A stretch of 62,531 bases of DNA, counting the filler, from Sphacelaria rigidula (Eukaryota), in NCBI GenBank assembly GCA_964200075.2. It is 10 parts of 10 records of this genome, joined end to end, with 100 filler letters (N's around TTAATTAATTAA, not from the genome) between each part and the next. Parts side by side here need not be neighbours in the genome. Positions count along the whole stretch, not along the records: positions 43,843 to 50,005 come from CAXNAA020021825.1; positions 50,106 to 56,268 come from CAXNAA020021826.1; positions 56,369 to 62,531 come from CAXNAA020021827.1; 7 more parts are not named here. One strand, given 5' to 3'. Of this stretch, positions 49,853-62,531 are shown piece by piece; the stretch's first letter is position 1, and the number at the start of each line of letters is the position of its first letter. The notes under the pieces are model-generated. The model was not told where the DNA came from, did no database searches, and worked only from the letters and a program-made list of their open reading frames with translations. The translations under genes were made by a program, and so were the position numbers.

Positions 49853-52536
49853 GTGCGCGTAGACCGATTAGTCTTGGAACGCGACCTGGCAGGAAGCCGT
49901 AAATGCCTCGATTAGAGCTAGGACTGACGTGTACGCTGACGTCAACGAAGGGCGAGGAGCACTTTCTACGATAGCCCCCCCCCCCAAAACCAGCTAAAAG
50001 TGTCANNNNNNNNNNNNNNNNNNNNNNNNNNNNNNNNNNNNNNNNNNNNTTAATTAATTAANNNNNNNNNNNNNNNNNNNNNNNNNNNNNNNNNNNNNNN
50101 NNNNNTCATCTTTCCTGCGAAGCCAACTATGGGATGATCGGAAGAGTTTAAATGCACAAACGACTGAAAGCCCATAATGGACTTTACTTATGGGACAGAG
50201 GAAGTAATAACGGAAGGTTGATCAGGAGTGCAATGATTTTCCATCACCGTCCATCTGTTTTTTGTTGCCTTTCTTGTAGACTTCCGGACGGCGCTTTTTT
50301 CTTCGGCCTTTCTGTGTACTTTAGATTCGATTTCCCGGGGTTCGGGGCTCGGTGAAATTAACAGCCGGTCTGCCGCGGTTTGGAATCCTGCTTACCAACC
50401 CCCCTTTCCATTCCAGGCGATGGCCCATTTTCTCCTCCTTGAAAATGCACTTCCGATGACTAAAAGAAATGGTCAACGCCAACTATCACCTTCCGTTTAT
50501 CAACATGTGTCTCCTTTGGTAGCACCCGCTTTCCGTTCCGGTCAACTCCCACAACCTTCTGTTCTGCCTTGCTTTTAGTATTTATTTTTTGCCGTAGTTA
50601 ACAAGAGATTATGTTCAGCAATAATGTCTGTGTTTTTGTTCGGGCTATTCGTGGATGTGCTGAGATGTTGCCAGAGTCAGTATACGTCCTCAGTTGAGCT
50701 TTCTGTGTGCATTGTCGTTGTACACTTAGAGGTTGATACGCAAATATTGAGGGGTATTTCAACTTGCAGGTTGTACACAAATACATTACTTCTTCGTAAG
50801 TCAAGGAAGTACAATGAACAAACCCCTCCAGCTCCACGTCATCCTGCGACATTTTTCATTTTCGAAAGCTTGATGAAATAGTGCAATGCCTTTCCATCAC
50901 CGTTCACCTTCTACGAGGGCGAGATTCGACCTTCGATCCACGCTGTCAGTGCCCGAAAGTTTGCGCGTAATAGGAAATGCGCGGAGCCCTGATGGTGGAT
51001 CTGACACTTTGATGCTGGAAAACGGAAATTTGATTATGAAAAACATGGATACACGATGAACACAGGAGACACCAGAACGCTCTGATTCCTTCGGGCTAGA
51101 GTTTTCTTTAGATTATATTGTCTTCCCCTCGTCCCGAAATATCTGTTTTTGAATTTAGTTGGTGTTTGAAAAAATCCTACCGGCGTTTCTCAGACGTACG
51201 TCAAAACGTTGCTCACTCTCACGCAATACGTCGTATACCATGCAGCTTCAGAGGCCACGGCGAAAATGCACTCATCTCTCGAAGGCGGGGCCCGAAGGTG
51301 GTAGGTACACATTATGAGCACATACCGTATCACCTTCCCACGTTCTCGCCCGCTCTTCCCTACCGGTATCACTCCTCGCCGACGCCAATTCATCTCCACC
51401 TCATGCGTGCACTGCTACCTCGTCGTTTCCACGGCCACTTGCATGAGTCTTCCATGCTACAGGTGCTGTACAACGACACTTATACCACAAACGCATCTAC
51501 CCGCTATATATCCACATAAATCCTCGCCATTCACACATCAAACGCTTCGACGACCACGAAAACATGTGCTGAATTCCGAGTGGATTTTTCTGCGGTGCGT
51601 TACGATTACTCACGACGACGCTATCCCACATGAAACACTTCAACTTGCCGAATTTCGCAATCAACCCTAAGGCACGTAACCTCTGGAGCACGCACTGTCC
51701 ATGCGCCCATACCGCGCCGCAGATACTCCATCAACATCTCCCGCAAATATTTAATCTAACTGATTTCCCTCGAAGCTCTCTGGATTTCCACAAAAATACG
51801 ACACTGTACCTCACCATACCTCTTCACCACAGAATTGTATGCGGAAAATCCCGATGATTCCCCTCCGTTCATAAAATAAATCCAGCGACCATCCACGAAA
51901 CGTTTTCGCCCTTTCCGCAAAATGTATTACCGTACCTTACCTCTCCACAAATAATCCTCTATGTGTTCATTCGCTGCCAATATCCCGTCGGAACTTCCCG
52001 GAAAAATCCCTGCGAACACGTACTCACGTAGCCTACCTTACCGTAGATCACCACACCAAGAATCATCACCTAAATCCCGCTTTTTCGCCGCCGAAACATC
52101 ATAAATTTTTCCCCGGAAAGAAAACATTCAAATCCTGCCCACATCCCCTTTCGTCCCTCGGTCAATCGAGGAATCACCATTAATTACCCTTTGTTGCTTG
52201 CCCTAAAAATCTTGCAATGCCTGAGCTGTGCACCATGCTTTGTCGACACGCCATCCCTCCCGCGATATCTCATCAACGTCTATGCTACCATCATCTGTAT
52301 TAACATGATCATATTACCTCGTCGTTTCGGCGGTCATCTCAACATCCCGATAAGTGCCTCGCAATCTCCCATCAATATCGGCGGACGTACCGACATGTCA
52401 AACTGTCTTGCCACCACGCAACCCCTTCGTCATCACTTTTTTGGCGCCCACAACACAGCATCAACTATGCTGCACATAATATGTGGGGCCCACTGATTTC
52501 CATCAACGTCCCGAGAACAGAATACTGCGGTTGAGA

Positions 52537-52890
52537 ACGGTGTTACCATCAGAGGGGACATTAAGGCACAGGGTTGTAGGTACCTCCAACAAGGGGTCGA
52601 CGGGGTCATTCTTCCGTCTTCCTGAGTGCTGCCAGCTTCCGACGCCGAGGACGCCCCTGCGATCGCATCCGGTCTCAAGAGCTTCATCCGAACGGTTCAA
52701 GCTTGAGATCGGATGCGAGTCCGGATGAAGCTACTGAGATCGGATGCGACCTCCTTGGCCTCCTCAGCGCCTCAGCGCCTCAGCGCCGCAGGCTGGCAGC
52801 ACTCAGGAAGACGGAAGCATGACCCTGTCGACCCCTTCTTGAAGATATCCATAACGCTGTGCCTTGAGTTCTCTTTGATGGGGAAACCGT
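52537..52890. repeat. Long imperfect inverted repeat (arms ~155-170 bp)
   Basis: GGGGTCGACGGGGTCATTCTTCCGTCTTCCTGAGTGCTGCCAGC versus GCTGGCAGCACTCAGGAAGACGGAAGCATGACCCTGTCGACCCC; pairing extends both outward and inward. Confidence 0.9.
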
Positions 52891-54082
52891 CCTTACCAAG
52901 TACACAGGTAGCTCGATCGCGGACGATAGCGGATATCAACGGGATCGACAAAAAAACATTCGTACGCTCCTCTTCTGCGAAGGACCCAAGGGTCGGATAA
53001 ATCAATGATTCGTCTGGAAATTACCTGGTTTTAGTGTTATTGATTCGAATTGCACGAATCAATCCCTAGGCGTTGTTTTCAGCGTTGCAACCCAGGTACA
53101 CGCAGCCGAGACACGTGGAATGGCGCAAAATTCGCGTGGATACCTCTTGGACCAGCGGTCAACGTTTTTCTCCCTTTTGGGCAATCAGGCCGAAAAAATA
53201 GTGGATTTGGTGATTCGAACCCATGATGATTCGTCCTAATAGTGGAAGTATCGCTGGTCTTCTCATTCCTTTTCTCGCCAAATGAATGCGCCGGCTGCTG
53301 GTCTGCTTGCGAAAATTGCCGACTTATTATTTTTTTTCGATCCATATTGACTTTCCTTTGTCTAATAGATATAGGGTATATGGTATAAAGTCATAAAAAT
53401 ATCATTTTGTATCATATACCCTCCGAAAAAACATGACTAAGGTACATGAAATATCATGTAGTATAGACTTGATAAATATTCATGTATATAATTATACATA
53501 ATATTTAGTTTATATATATTGTATATATAATACATCCATGCTCAAACCACCTTTAATGAATGAATGAATTTATTATTTTAAGCAATAGATATTGACCGAC
53601 CTACTTTTGATTAAAACTGACAAAACGCAATACAAGCGAAAACAGGGATAAATAATGAAGGAGTCGGAGAAGATTCAATATACTGCCTAATGGGCCTAAG
53701 CTAAACTTTATGTGCGCATACGCATACGGAACAAAAACCTACCCATCACCAGCAATACTAGGCACCTGGCTTTGATCCTATCATCTGACGTGCGCAGCTC
53801 CCATAGAGAGATGCTCACAGCTATATATTTTGGTGGTACTCAACAGTCAGAGGAAGAATATTAAAATTATTAATTGGTTGGTTGGTTGGTTGGTTGGTGA
53901 ATTTAGTTAATTAATTCATTGAAGGTTGAATGAGGATGGGTGGTTGGACGGTAGGATGGATGGTTGGATGGATTTTTTTATTTTTTATGGGACAAGGGAA
54001 GGACTCCTCCATAATTAGAGTCTCCAATCACTATGAACAAATATATTAATCAAGGATTGTTTGGGGATATTTCCCGACACCG

Positions 54083-55263
54083 AAGGCGTCTGAATCGTGT
54101 AAGCGCGATATGTGTGCGTCAGATCAATATGATTTCAATCAATAATAATCATAGACGCTGTGGTTGTTGTTGCCTGTTTGCAGCCTACCGTACGGCGCTT
54201 TTTTCGTCGGCCTTTTTGTATCCTTACATTCGATTTCCCGGGGTTCGGGGTTCGGTGAATTCAACAGCCGATTTCCCGCGTTTCGGTGAATTTTGGAGCC
54301 GAATTTGATTGTCTCTGTCCTGGCCGTCTATTTGTTGTTGGTAAATTGGACTGGTGGTCCTGACGTTTCGATTCTGTAAAACAAAAACTTCAATGTTACA
54401 TGCATACACGGCCAAAACGCAAGAAAAACGTCGATGTTTTCTTCAGCCTGAAGTTATTTTCGGACCATACATGGCTGAATATGTGCAACACCCTCGCGTT
54501 GTAGCTGTAACGCGGTTAGTTCTCCTTACGGCGTAGTAGGCGTCCAATCAATCAGTAAGAGCGTAAGCAACAACAACAAAACAAATGCTTCGATTTCTCG
54601 GGGTTTGTTGAATATTTGACTCACAGTTTCATTGTTTTTTGTCTCTTTCTGGGTTGTCGAGTTTGGCAATCGCAGCCTTCATTGTATATGTGCAACAAAT
54701 GACGTTCAAACGGCCGCAGGATTATATTTCATGACACCATAGGCGTCTGACTCGTGTAAGCGTGACATATGCGTGTGCAATACCAATATGATTTCAATCA
54801 ACAACAATCGTAGACGCTGTGGTTGTTGTTACCTGTTTGCAGCCTTCCGCAGGGCGTTTTTTTCGTCGGCCTTCCTGTGTTCCTTAGATTCGATTTCCTG
54901 GGGTTGGGGGTTCGGTGAATTTAACAGCCAATTTCCTGCGGTTCGGTGAATTTTGGAGCCGAATTTTATTGTGTCTGTCCTGCCGTGCCGTCTATTTGTT
55001 GTTGGTAAATTGCACTCTATGCATGGGTTATTTGCAAGGTTCGGTGAATTTCGGAACGGCGAATTATTTTTTGTCTCTTTCCGCCACGCTATCCCTGGCT
55101 TGGGTAAATTGTAGAACACGTATTTATTTCTCGTTGCTGTTTTCGTCAGCCTTCCTTTGTTCCTCAAATGTGATTTCCCGGGGTTGGGGGTTCGGTGAAT
55201 TCTACAGCCGAAATCCCGCGGTTCGGTGAATTTTGGAGCCGAATTTGATTGTCTCTGTCCTGG
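54083..55263. repeat. Repeat cluster (54083-54348, 54741-55010, 55140-55263; partial copy at 50260-50385) rich in TTCGGTGAATT
   Basis: GATTTCC.GGGGTT.GGGGTTCGGTGAATT..ACAGCC.A.TTCC.GCG.TTCGGTGAATTTTGGAGCCGAATTT recurs. Confidence 0.88.
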
Positions 55264-56919
55264 CAGATCAGTGCTCCACGGCGTGGTTCACAAATAAAAC
55301 TATGCCACGTTGTTCGTTGTTTCCAAAATTGTGCATGTTCATCCTCCAGCCCACAGCTACTGTTCCTGACATTACCCAAAAATGCGTCATTTCGATGAAA
55401 TGCTTGGACCTAACTTGTGCCACGCCCTCCGCGCGACTTGATTATACCTTCGGTTAAGGAGCACTTTGACTTTGACATATTTGGGTCTTCCGCGTTCTTC
55501 AGTGTGTATCATCCACCATTCCGCGCTCTCAACGTTCGCGTTCCTCGATACCTATCATACCACATCCATGCCAGATCTTTCTTCTTCTACTCATCACGTA
55601 TAACACAGTTTCATAACCGGTACACACATCAAATCTCTGGCTCAGCCTCTTGGTAGAAGTCATTACCTTTACCATCTCCCAATTTAAGTTCATTCCTTTC
55701 CACGTTTACCCGGAGGACGCGGCGGCCCCGTCCGATCCTTGTATATATACATACAAGGTTTTCCTTCGGGAGGTTGGTACGGGCCTCCCGGGGGGTGACG
55801 CAAGTCGAGACTTTATAGTCAACTTTTCCACGATTTTGAAGGGGCTTTTGTGGTTGGGACCGACACCCCGCAAAAGAGGGCCAATTTGAGCGACTTTCGG
55901 TGGCTAGAACACGCGCCACAGGTATCAGATGGCGCCCAGTAAACCTGAACGGTAATGTACCGCTGAACCTTCTCGGTGCGCTGCAATAGGACGTCTGGGA
56001 AAAAATGCCTTGCCGCCAGAGAAACCTCGGCAAAAGCGGTGAAAATGTGAAATGATACATGTACATGATATACATTGCGCGTAAAAGCACTGACAACGCT
56101 TGCACGACTGTGCCTCCTGAGGTGAGTACCTCTACAGGCGATACCAAGATAGGTACTTCGGAAAATGACATCATCCAGAGTGTACCCAATACGGATCGAT
56201 GCGTGTTTGCCGGGGCAGGAGCCACCCAGCAGGTAACAGCCGATTTTTGAAAATGGGGTTGAAAAAAANNNNNNNNNNNNNNNNNNNNNNNNNNNNNNNN
56301 NNNNNNNNNNNNTTAATTAATTAANNNNNNNNNNNNNNNNNNNNNNNNNNNNNNNNNNNNNNNNNNNNTCCCCCACACTTTGTACCAGCTTCTACCCTTC
56401 AAGATCTCAAGAAGGCTACGTGCCGCTTGGTGCTCCTTGTCGTGGGTCATGTGGTCAGTCATCGGTAAGGTCCTTGTTTCATGAGTGCAGTAGGTCTTGG
56501 CACTTATGCCATGCATTGTCCACCCCTTCCCTTCATTACACGCCTTTTGCACCTAATGTCGGAAATTTCTGGAAATGGCTGACCAAACTTCCACCGCCCA
56601 CTGGAAACCGGTAAGGTTTTACGGGTATTTCACCACGAGACCCCAACCTCCATGTGAATTTGATATGTAGGGGGTGATGACCCTACCCCACCCGTACTGG
56701 CTATATCTTCTGTACTTTCGATTTGCATGTAAGATGGTCAACCTTCACGCTGTCGTATACATGTCTAGGTTTTGGCTTTTATTCTTGTCTTGCGTTTGTT
56801 ATAATATGGGGGGGAGAATCTCGGTTGTTTTCCGACTTGATATTGGGCAGTAAATCTGTTTTTTCCGCGATTCCACGTTCATGCATGGGCTGTCTTAGGA
56901 TAGGTTAAAGAAAAACAAA

Positions 56920-57655
56920 GGTGAGCTTCTCTATCTCATGTCGTTGAAGAAAAGGGAGCGTGAGCTTCTTTATATATGCCCGAGCTGTGTTGTCGTACGT
57001 TGAAGAAGAAGGGGGGTCAGCTTCCTTATCTCATGTCTATGTCCGGGCTGTGTTATGGTCGGTTAGAGAAAAACGAGGGCGAGCTTCTTTATTCCATGTC
57101 TATATCCGGGCTGTGTTATGGTCGGTTAGAGAAAAGGGGAGTTAGCCTCCCTATTTCATGTCCATGTCGGCCTGTTATGGTAGGGTAAATATATAGAGGG
57201 TTAGCTTCTTAATTTCATATCTATGTCCGGGCTGTGTTATGGTAGGTGAAAGAAAAGGGAGGCTCAGCTTCTCTATTCCATGTCCATGTCCGGGCTGTGT
57301 TATGGTAGGTAGGAGGGGAAGCTTATTTTTTTCATGTCCAAGTCCGGGCTGTGTTATCGTAGGTAAAAGATAAAGGAGGGTCAGCTTTTTTTTTATGTTC
57401 ATGTCTGGACAGTGTTCTGGTGGGTGAAAGAAAAATGAGGGTCAGCTTCTTTCATTCATGTTTATGTCCGGACTGTGTTATGGTGAATGAAAGGAAAAGG
57501 AGGGTTGGCTTTTTTATTTCATGTCCATATCCGGGCTTTGTTATTGGAGGTTATATAAAAAGGAGGGTCAGCTTCTTAATTTCATGTCTATGTCCAGGCT
57601 GTATTATGATGGGTGAAGTAAAAGGGGGTTAGCTCCTTTATTTCATGTCTATGTC
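56920..57655. repeat. Minisatellite, ~60-63-bp unit, about 11-12 diverged copies
   Basis: Consensus TCAGCTTCT.TATTTCATGTCTATGTCCGGGCTGTGTTATGGTAGGT.AAAGAAAAGGGAGG. Confidence 0.93.
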
Positions 57656-58726
57656 TTTCTCTACATTTCTTGAAACAAAAATAAGAACGGAAAAGGGAGA
57701 AATGTAGAGAAATAAAAGAAGATAAATACTACGAAGGAAGGAAAAACAGAATGGCTAGGGAAAAGGAAAAAGGAAAAATAGGGGAAAAAATACCATCTTC
57801 GGTATATCATGTCTATATCCATTTTGTGTGTTACTGGGGGGAAACCATTGGGTAGTTAGGTTTTTGAATGTTGTGCCCGTCGGTCCTGGACTTTCTTTGT
57901 CTAGTGGCGGTCCCCGGTGTATGTACGGTGACAGTTTGTACATTTGTCTAGGTTTTGATGGCTTGTTTTATAGCACCGTTGCCACTCAACGCCACCCCAA
58001 GAGTCTAGAGGTGAGGGGGGGGGGTACTCATGATCTTGCATGCCGTAGTCATATCGTCGTTGATCTCGCATATCTACGAAGCCGACACGAAGCACGGCGG
58101 GTTTTCGCTGGATCACGCTTGAATGAGGGTTTGCCGAGGGGGGGAGCGGGGGAAAGGAGGAAGGGGTTTAGGGTCAATGGCTTGGCATGGAGAGCTTGCA
58201 GCATGCGCCACTTTAGGTTCGGCTAGGAATTGAATCCAACCATGTCCGACGTTTAGTATTGGCTGGGATTGTGCCACTTACGGTGCATTTTTCGTCGGCC
58301 CGAAAGATATCAAGCTACAAACAGGATCACGCATTTTCGGCTCCGTGTACACGAATGAAACCGACCGTTCTTGCATGTTAATGATCTGTGGGGGACTCTC
58401 GAAGCGGTAAAAGCCCCGAAAAAGCATGGCTGGAAAACTGGTGAAATGCGCCACGAGTTTTTTGTCTGTCTGGTTCGTGCGCGGACTGTATGCATGCGAC
58501 TATGGTTGATGGAACACCGATACCACGGTATTAAATGGTAGGAGGGGTGCATCCATCAAGCATGCCAACCTGTACAGTTCAGAGATCAAAATACTTTGGC
58601 ATGCACGCCACGACAAACAGCTAGCTCAACCTTATCTACGCATACATTCAAGCCTACGCGAGGGAGACGCGAGGGCGAATGTGTTTTTTCATGTTGGAGA
58701 TCGTTGATCTGGTTTACACTTTCAAG

Positions 58727-59790
58727 GTTTGAGTTCCTTCAACAGCAAGGATTCGTCGCGTTGGACGCCAAGAATCAGAGAACCTCTTGTGGGACATGAA
58801 CCTCTTCCTGTACACACGTGCATCACGTGACACTGGACCACGCGGGCAATCATGGACCCAAACGATATACCTTTTGGGGGGAGCCAAACAATGGAATCCT
58901 CAACGTCGAAAACGTTTCCGGGTGATCGCTGCAGAGACATCGTACATCCAGACCCAGTCACAACCGGTTTTCGCCCGCTACGTCAGCCTTCTAACATCTT
59001 CTGTTTGGTTCACTAACAATTCTTCCGTTTGATTGACCCGCAGCTGTGAAATGTGTAGGGATCTTCGGTGCAAGAGAATCATTCATATCCCGTGTACATA
59101 TACATATAAGATCACTGGCGTGTGTGTCGTTATCTCTCAGTGCGACTGTTATACCTCGCGATGAAGGGCGTTACCGGAGCTCTTGGCCACGACGCATGAA
59201 GCTTTTTTTTTTTTCACGCAGAGGATACAACATCGCACATACAACCAAGCAAAAACACGGCATCGCCGGCATGGCGAACGTTCACCGGACTATACATGCA
59301 AGCTTTTTCCCTTGGTCGAACGGTTGAGTCGTATCGCGTACGCTATTCATGAGCCGTACATCTGGATGATGACTCCTGGAACTGCGGTCTTGCGTCCTCG
59401 GGAATCCCTACAGAAAGGAAAGGTACATATATGCATGCAGACATGACAAGGACGTTAAACGGTAAATTACGCATTCTCAATTTACCGCATTCTCAATATC
59501 TACGCGCTAGACACCGACGATAGTCACGCAGTGGTCATAGAGATGATGATGGGTCGAATGCTCGTTGACGCTTACAGCTTGCAGATTGGCCGACAGGATT
59601 GCCTACATTCGTTCACGAAATCGTTCTCTCATCCCCTACTTCGCCGCACAACGTCTAAAATCGCTCGGACCGAACGCTTTTGTGTACGGGAAAAACATCT
59701 GCGCCATCCATCTCGGCACCTTAAAATTTCCTGGTGTGCGACTTCCCGCCGCGACATTCCGAACTAAAAACATTTATGAGAAAGCACGTG
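58727..59790 (+). pseudogene. Probable Ulp1/SENP (C48) cysteine protease pseudogene, several exons
   Basis: Read across frameshifts: SRWTPRIREPL/WDMNLFLY/CIT*HWTT (His at 58831), DDDSWNCGL/CVLGN (Cys near 59383), and an exon 59585-59790 beginning LADRIAYIRSRNRSLI with canonical splice sites. Confidence 0.45.
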
Positions 59791-60912
59791 GTACGTGACG
59801 AAGCTAAGGCCCATCAAGCAAGATTAGTCTCTTGGCTGCGGCCGCCAAAAGCGCGCGCGCAGCGTACCCCAGACGTGGGCACACAGAGTATGCATTTGTG
59901 AGTACGTATACGTATAGAGAGAGAGAAATGGAGAGAGAGAGATTGATAGTATGCACTACAGCTGTTGCTATCCACACTGGTACAGCGCGTCAACCTTGTG
60001 GAAGCAGGGCCTTCGTCCGGAACTTCAGCCTCTTCTTCGAAACATGGCCGTTTTCCTCAGATTTTTCCGGATAATAATTGAAACGACGACAAAAACAAGA
60101 AAATACATGAAGAGAGGGGTGTGAACCTGCAACAAGAAGGCTTCGGTGATCCAAGTTCTACTTACCTAGTGTCTCACGGCGAATATCTCTTCATGACTAT
60201 CAAAATGCGTACGTGTATGCGTCGGAAACGCGTGCGCCCAGATGAAAGTCCACTTGGTCAAACACGAGCACGTGCGTGCATGCAGTGGTGCGTACACCGA
60301 CGAGGACTTCATGATGCTGCCTGCGTGTCTCCGTAGAGAAACTAGTTGGTTTAGAGCCTGGTGACACTGACTACTCCATGTGTCACATGAGGTAAAGATG
60401 GCATTTGGTTTCCGAGAAAGTAACACACATGGAATATATTCAAACAACCCGGTCCATTCATCGATCTGAATATTGGTACATAAAGGGCCCAACACCTCAA
60501 GAACGTTACACTGAGATAGACCCACGTGAAGTATCGTCCACATTTTGACGACAATATTTTCATGCGAAAAACGCCTCCTTACCTAGAGCCAGAGCGGCGG
60601 CAGATGCCAAACTGACACGCCTCGCCCACTTTCTAGCCTTAAACCCTCCAGCCGGGTTGCTGCCATCACACCGCACCTGTAGAGCAGGTGATAAAACAGC
60701 TGAATGTAAGACCAGCGGTAAGACTAGAAGTCTACAGCTCGTTAACGCCACCAAATGATTTTGGTCGACATTTTGGGTCGAACTGTCGATTGAGCTGCGT
60801 TAAAAAACAGAATGTAAGGCCGGGGGTAAGTAAGACTAGACATCTACAGCTCCTTAACGCCATCAAATGATTTTGGTCTGCACTTTTGTCCGAACGGTCG
60901 GTTGAGCTGCGA

Positions 60913-61010
60913 GGGTGCAAATCGCGGCTAGGAAACGACTGTGCGAGAGCTGAACAGTCCGTTACCAGCTTCAACCTCCGGCCGGCTAAATGCTGTCTGA
61001 AGTGTTCAAG
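60913..61010 (-). pseudogene. Ty3/Gypsy RNase H fragment
   Basis: LEHFRQHLAGRRLKLVTDCSALAQSFPSRDLHP matches the F+.YL.G..F.L.TD..AL pattern. Confidence 0.7.
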
Positions 61011-61950
61011 GGTCGGACAAATAATGATTCGTCTGGAAATCACTTGGTTTCAGTATAGATGATTCGACTCGTACGCATCAGCCCCTGGGCTTTGTTTTTA
61101 GCGTTGCAATGATTCGTCCTTACCGTGGAAATGTTGGACTTCGCACAATGCGGCCATGCATTCTCGTTCCGTACGTGCTCTACGTGCGTGGGTGCGAGAC
61201 AATCTGTGTGCGGCTGACGAATGTGAAGTCAATGTGCTTCACATGCGTGAATACGAATCTCACTGATGTCACCAATGTGAAAAGGTAATTCCTCCACGAG
61301 AACATGTGGGAAGGTTTCCCTTATATGCGGTGGTACCCACATGATGGGTGTTTGGTCCCCCCCCCCCAACCGACTCTATAGAACATACCGTTCGCGACTT
61401 GACGATCCCACCTTTTTGTCCGCGCATCTATCGCACGACTTTCGAAACTGGGACCACACCAAGATCTCGTTTCTCTCGCGCGCTTCGGCCGGCCTCCTTA
61501 CACTCGAACCTGCTTTTGAGAAAGGCAAGCAACACACGGCAGATCCGGTGGGGGAGCAGGGGACGTATCCTTTTTTTTTGTTCTTCTTGTCGTTTTTGTA
61601 TCTTCCTATCCGACGTTTTTCAGTCTCCGGTGCGCGGACTCTGCGGAGGATATCTTTGATTAGCACTCTAAAAAGTATATTTATTTTGGGAGTGGTCTCT
61701 GTTCTGCGCGACCGTTGCGGTCATCGGCAAACTTGCTGTTACTACTCTGTGTATACACCAGTACGTGGCAAGGTCGTCGGAGAGATCGCACGCGGAGACT
61801 TTTTAGATTCCAGTAGGTATCTTGTAGTTCAATCGATTTTATACCGATCTATCGTAGTGAAGGTGCCTTTTTTGTGTGTTTAGATGGTTTGTCTCTTGCC
61901 TTTCTCTGCGGGCTGTTTGATTCATGGATATGGGTGGTATGCTCCTTGCA

Positions 61951-62008
61951 CTCTGTGACCACGGGTTCGAGAGATCGAGCTAATGTGACAAACATAATAA
62001 TGATGATG

Positions 62009-62063
<55 letters not shown>

Positions 62064-62082
62064 TAATAATGATAATAATAAT
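61951..62082 (+). repeat. Retroelement 3' end with expanded (AAT)n/(GAT)n tail
   Basis: Same ~37-bp head as 38790, followed by about 30 trinucleotide units. Confidence 0.85.
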
Positions 62083-62531
62083 CCGTAGTGTATCCTTCGC
62101 TTTCACCATTGCTTCACACCATACCCGTTCGTGCGCGGAAAGGTAGTTGCTGGAGACGTACAATGGCTTTACTGGTCATGCGTTGATTTCTCAACATAAT
62201 CAAACGGTTGGCAAGTTAAATTCACAAGCAACCCCTTATACTACAACTGCTGCTGCTGTTTCTATTTCTGGTCTATATCTCTTTTTCGGACGAGAAGGAA
62301 AACGACGATGCCCTCATGGTTGATGTATTTCCACTTGACAAGACGTTGCTCGCGTTAGCTCCTGTAACCAATTGTTGAATCGATCACCTTTTACTTCGCG
62401 GTCCAAGGTGTACGTACCGCTTCGTCCCATCTTCAGGTACCACACCGCACAATGCCGCCATTTTGTTTGAGTCCTCACGACCCGTATTTATTTTGTTTGT
62501 TCTCACCCCCCCCCCCCCACCTCTAACGGTG

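Noticed and set aside
51497..52100. Possible RT remnant (VLQRLRALGLIAKFGK) or other decayed gene on the minus strand
   Set aside because: A single short resemblance with no YxDD or other RT motifs in register.
56920..57655. CRISPR-like array (~60-bp period with conserved core)
   Set aside because: The intervening sequences are homologous to each other, not unique spacers; there are no cas genes and the context is eukaryotic. It is a minisatellite.
61849..62163. Poly-Ile membrane protein ORFs
   Set aside because: Translation of the (AAT)n microsatellite.

Overview
Eukaryotic, repeat-rich DNA with GT-AG introns, LTR and non-LTR retroelements, MITEs and TTAGGG-type motifs. A brown alga (Phaeophyceae) is my best guess, inferred from the repeat and gene style and not proven. 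The window is not one locus. It is ten unrelated contigs of 6163-6164 bp (1-6164, 6265-12427, 12528-18690, 18791-24953, 25054-31216, 31317-37479, 37580-43742, 43843-50005, 50106-56268, 56369-62531) joined by an artificial N44-TTAATTAATTAA-N44 spacer, so adjacency across spacers means nothing. Main content: (1) a decayed Ty3/Gypsy pol 3' half whose integrase ends in a chromodomain-like plus a Tudor-like module, with a second remnant copy; (2) a cluster of divergent actin-fold exons including a head-to-head inverted pair; (3) three in-phase exons of a transmembrane-RGS gene with MITEs and a LINE in one intron; (4) an intron-containing DUF6589/Academ-like transposase pseudogene; (5) many pieces of an APE-RT LINE family ending in a C-rich tail, one with a 14-bp TSD; (6) a very long gag-like pseudogene with a CCHC knuckle; (7) a probable Ulp1/C48 protease pseudogene; (8) MITEs, tRNA-derived SINE-like elements, foldback repeats and minisatellites. 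All domain calls come from motif recognition by eye; no database search was run.
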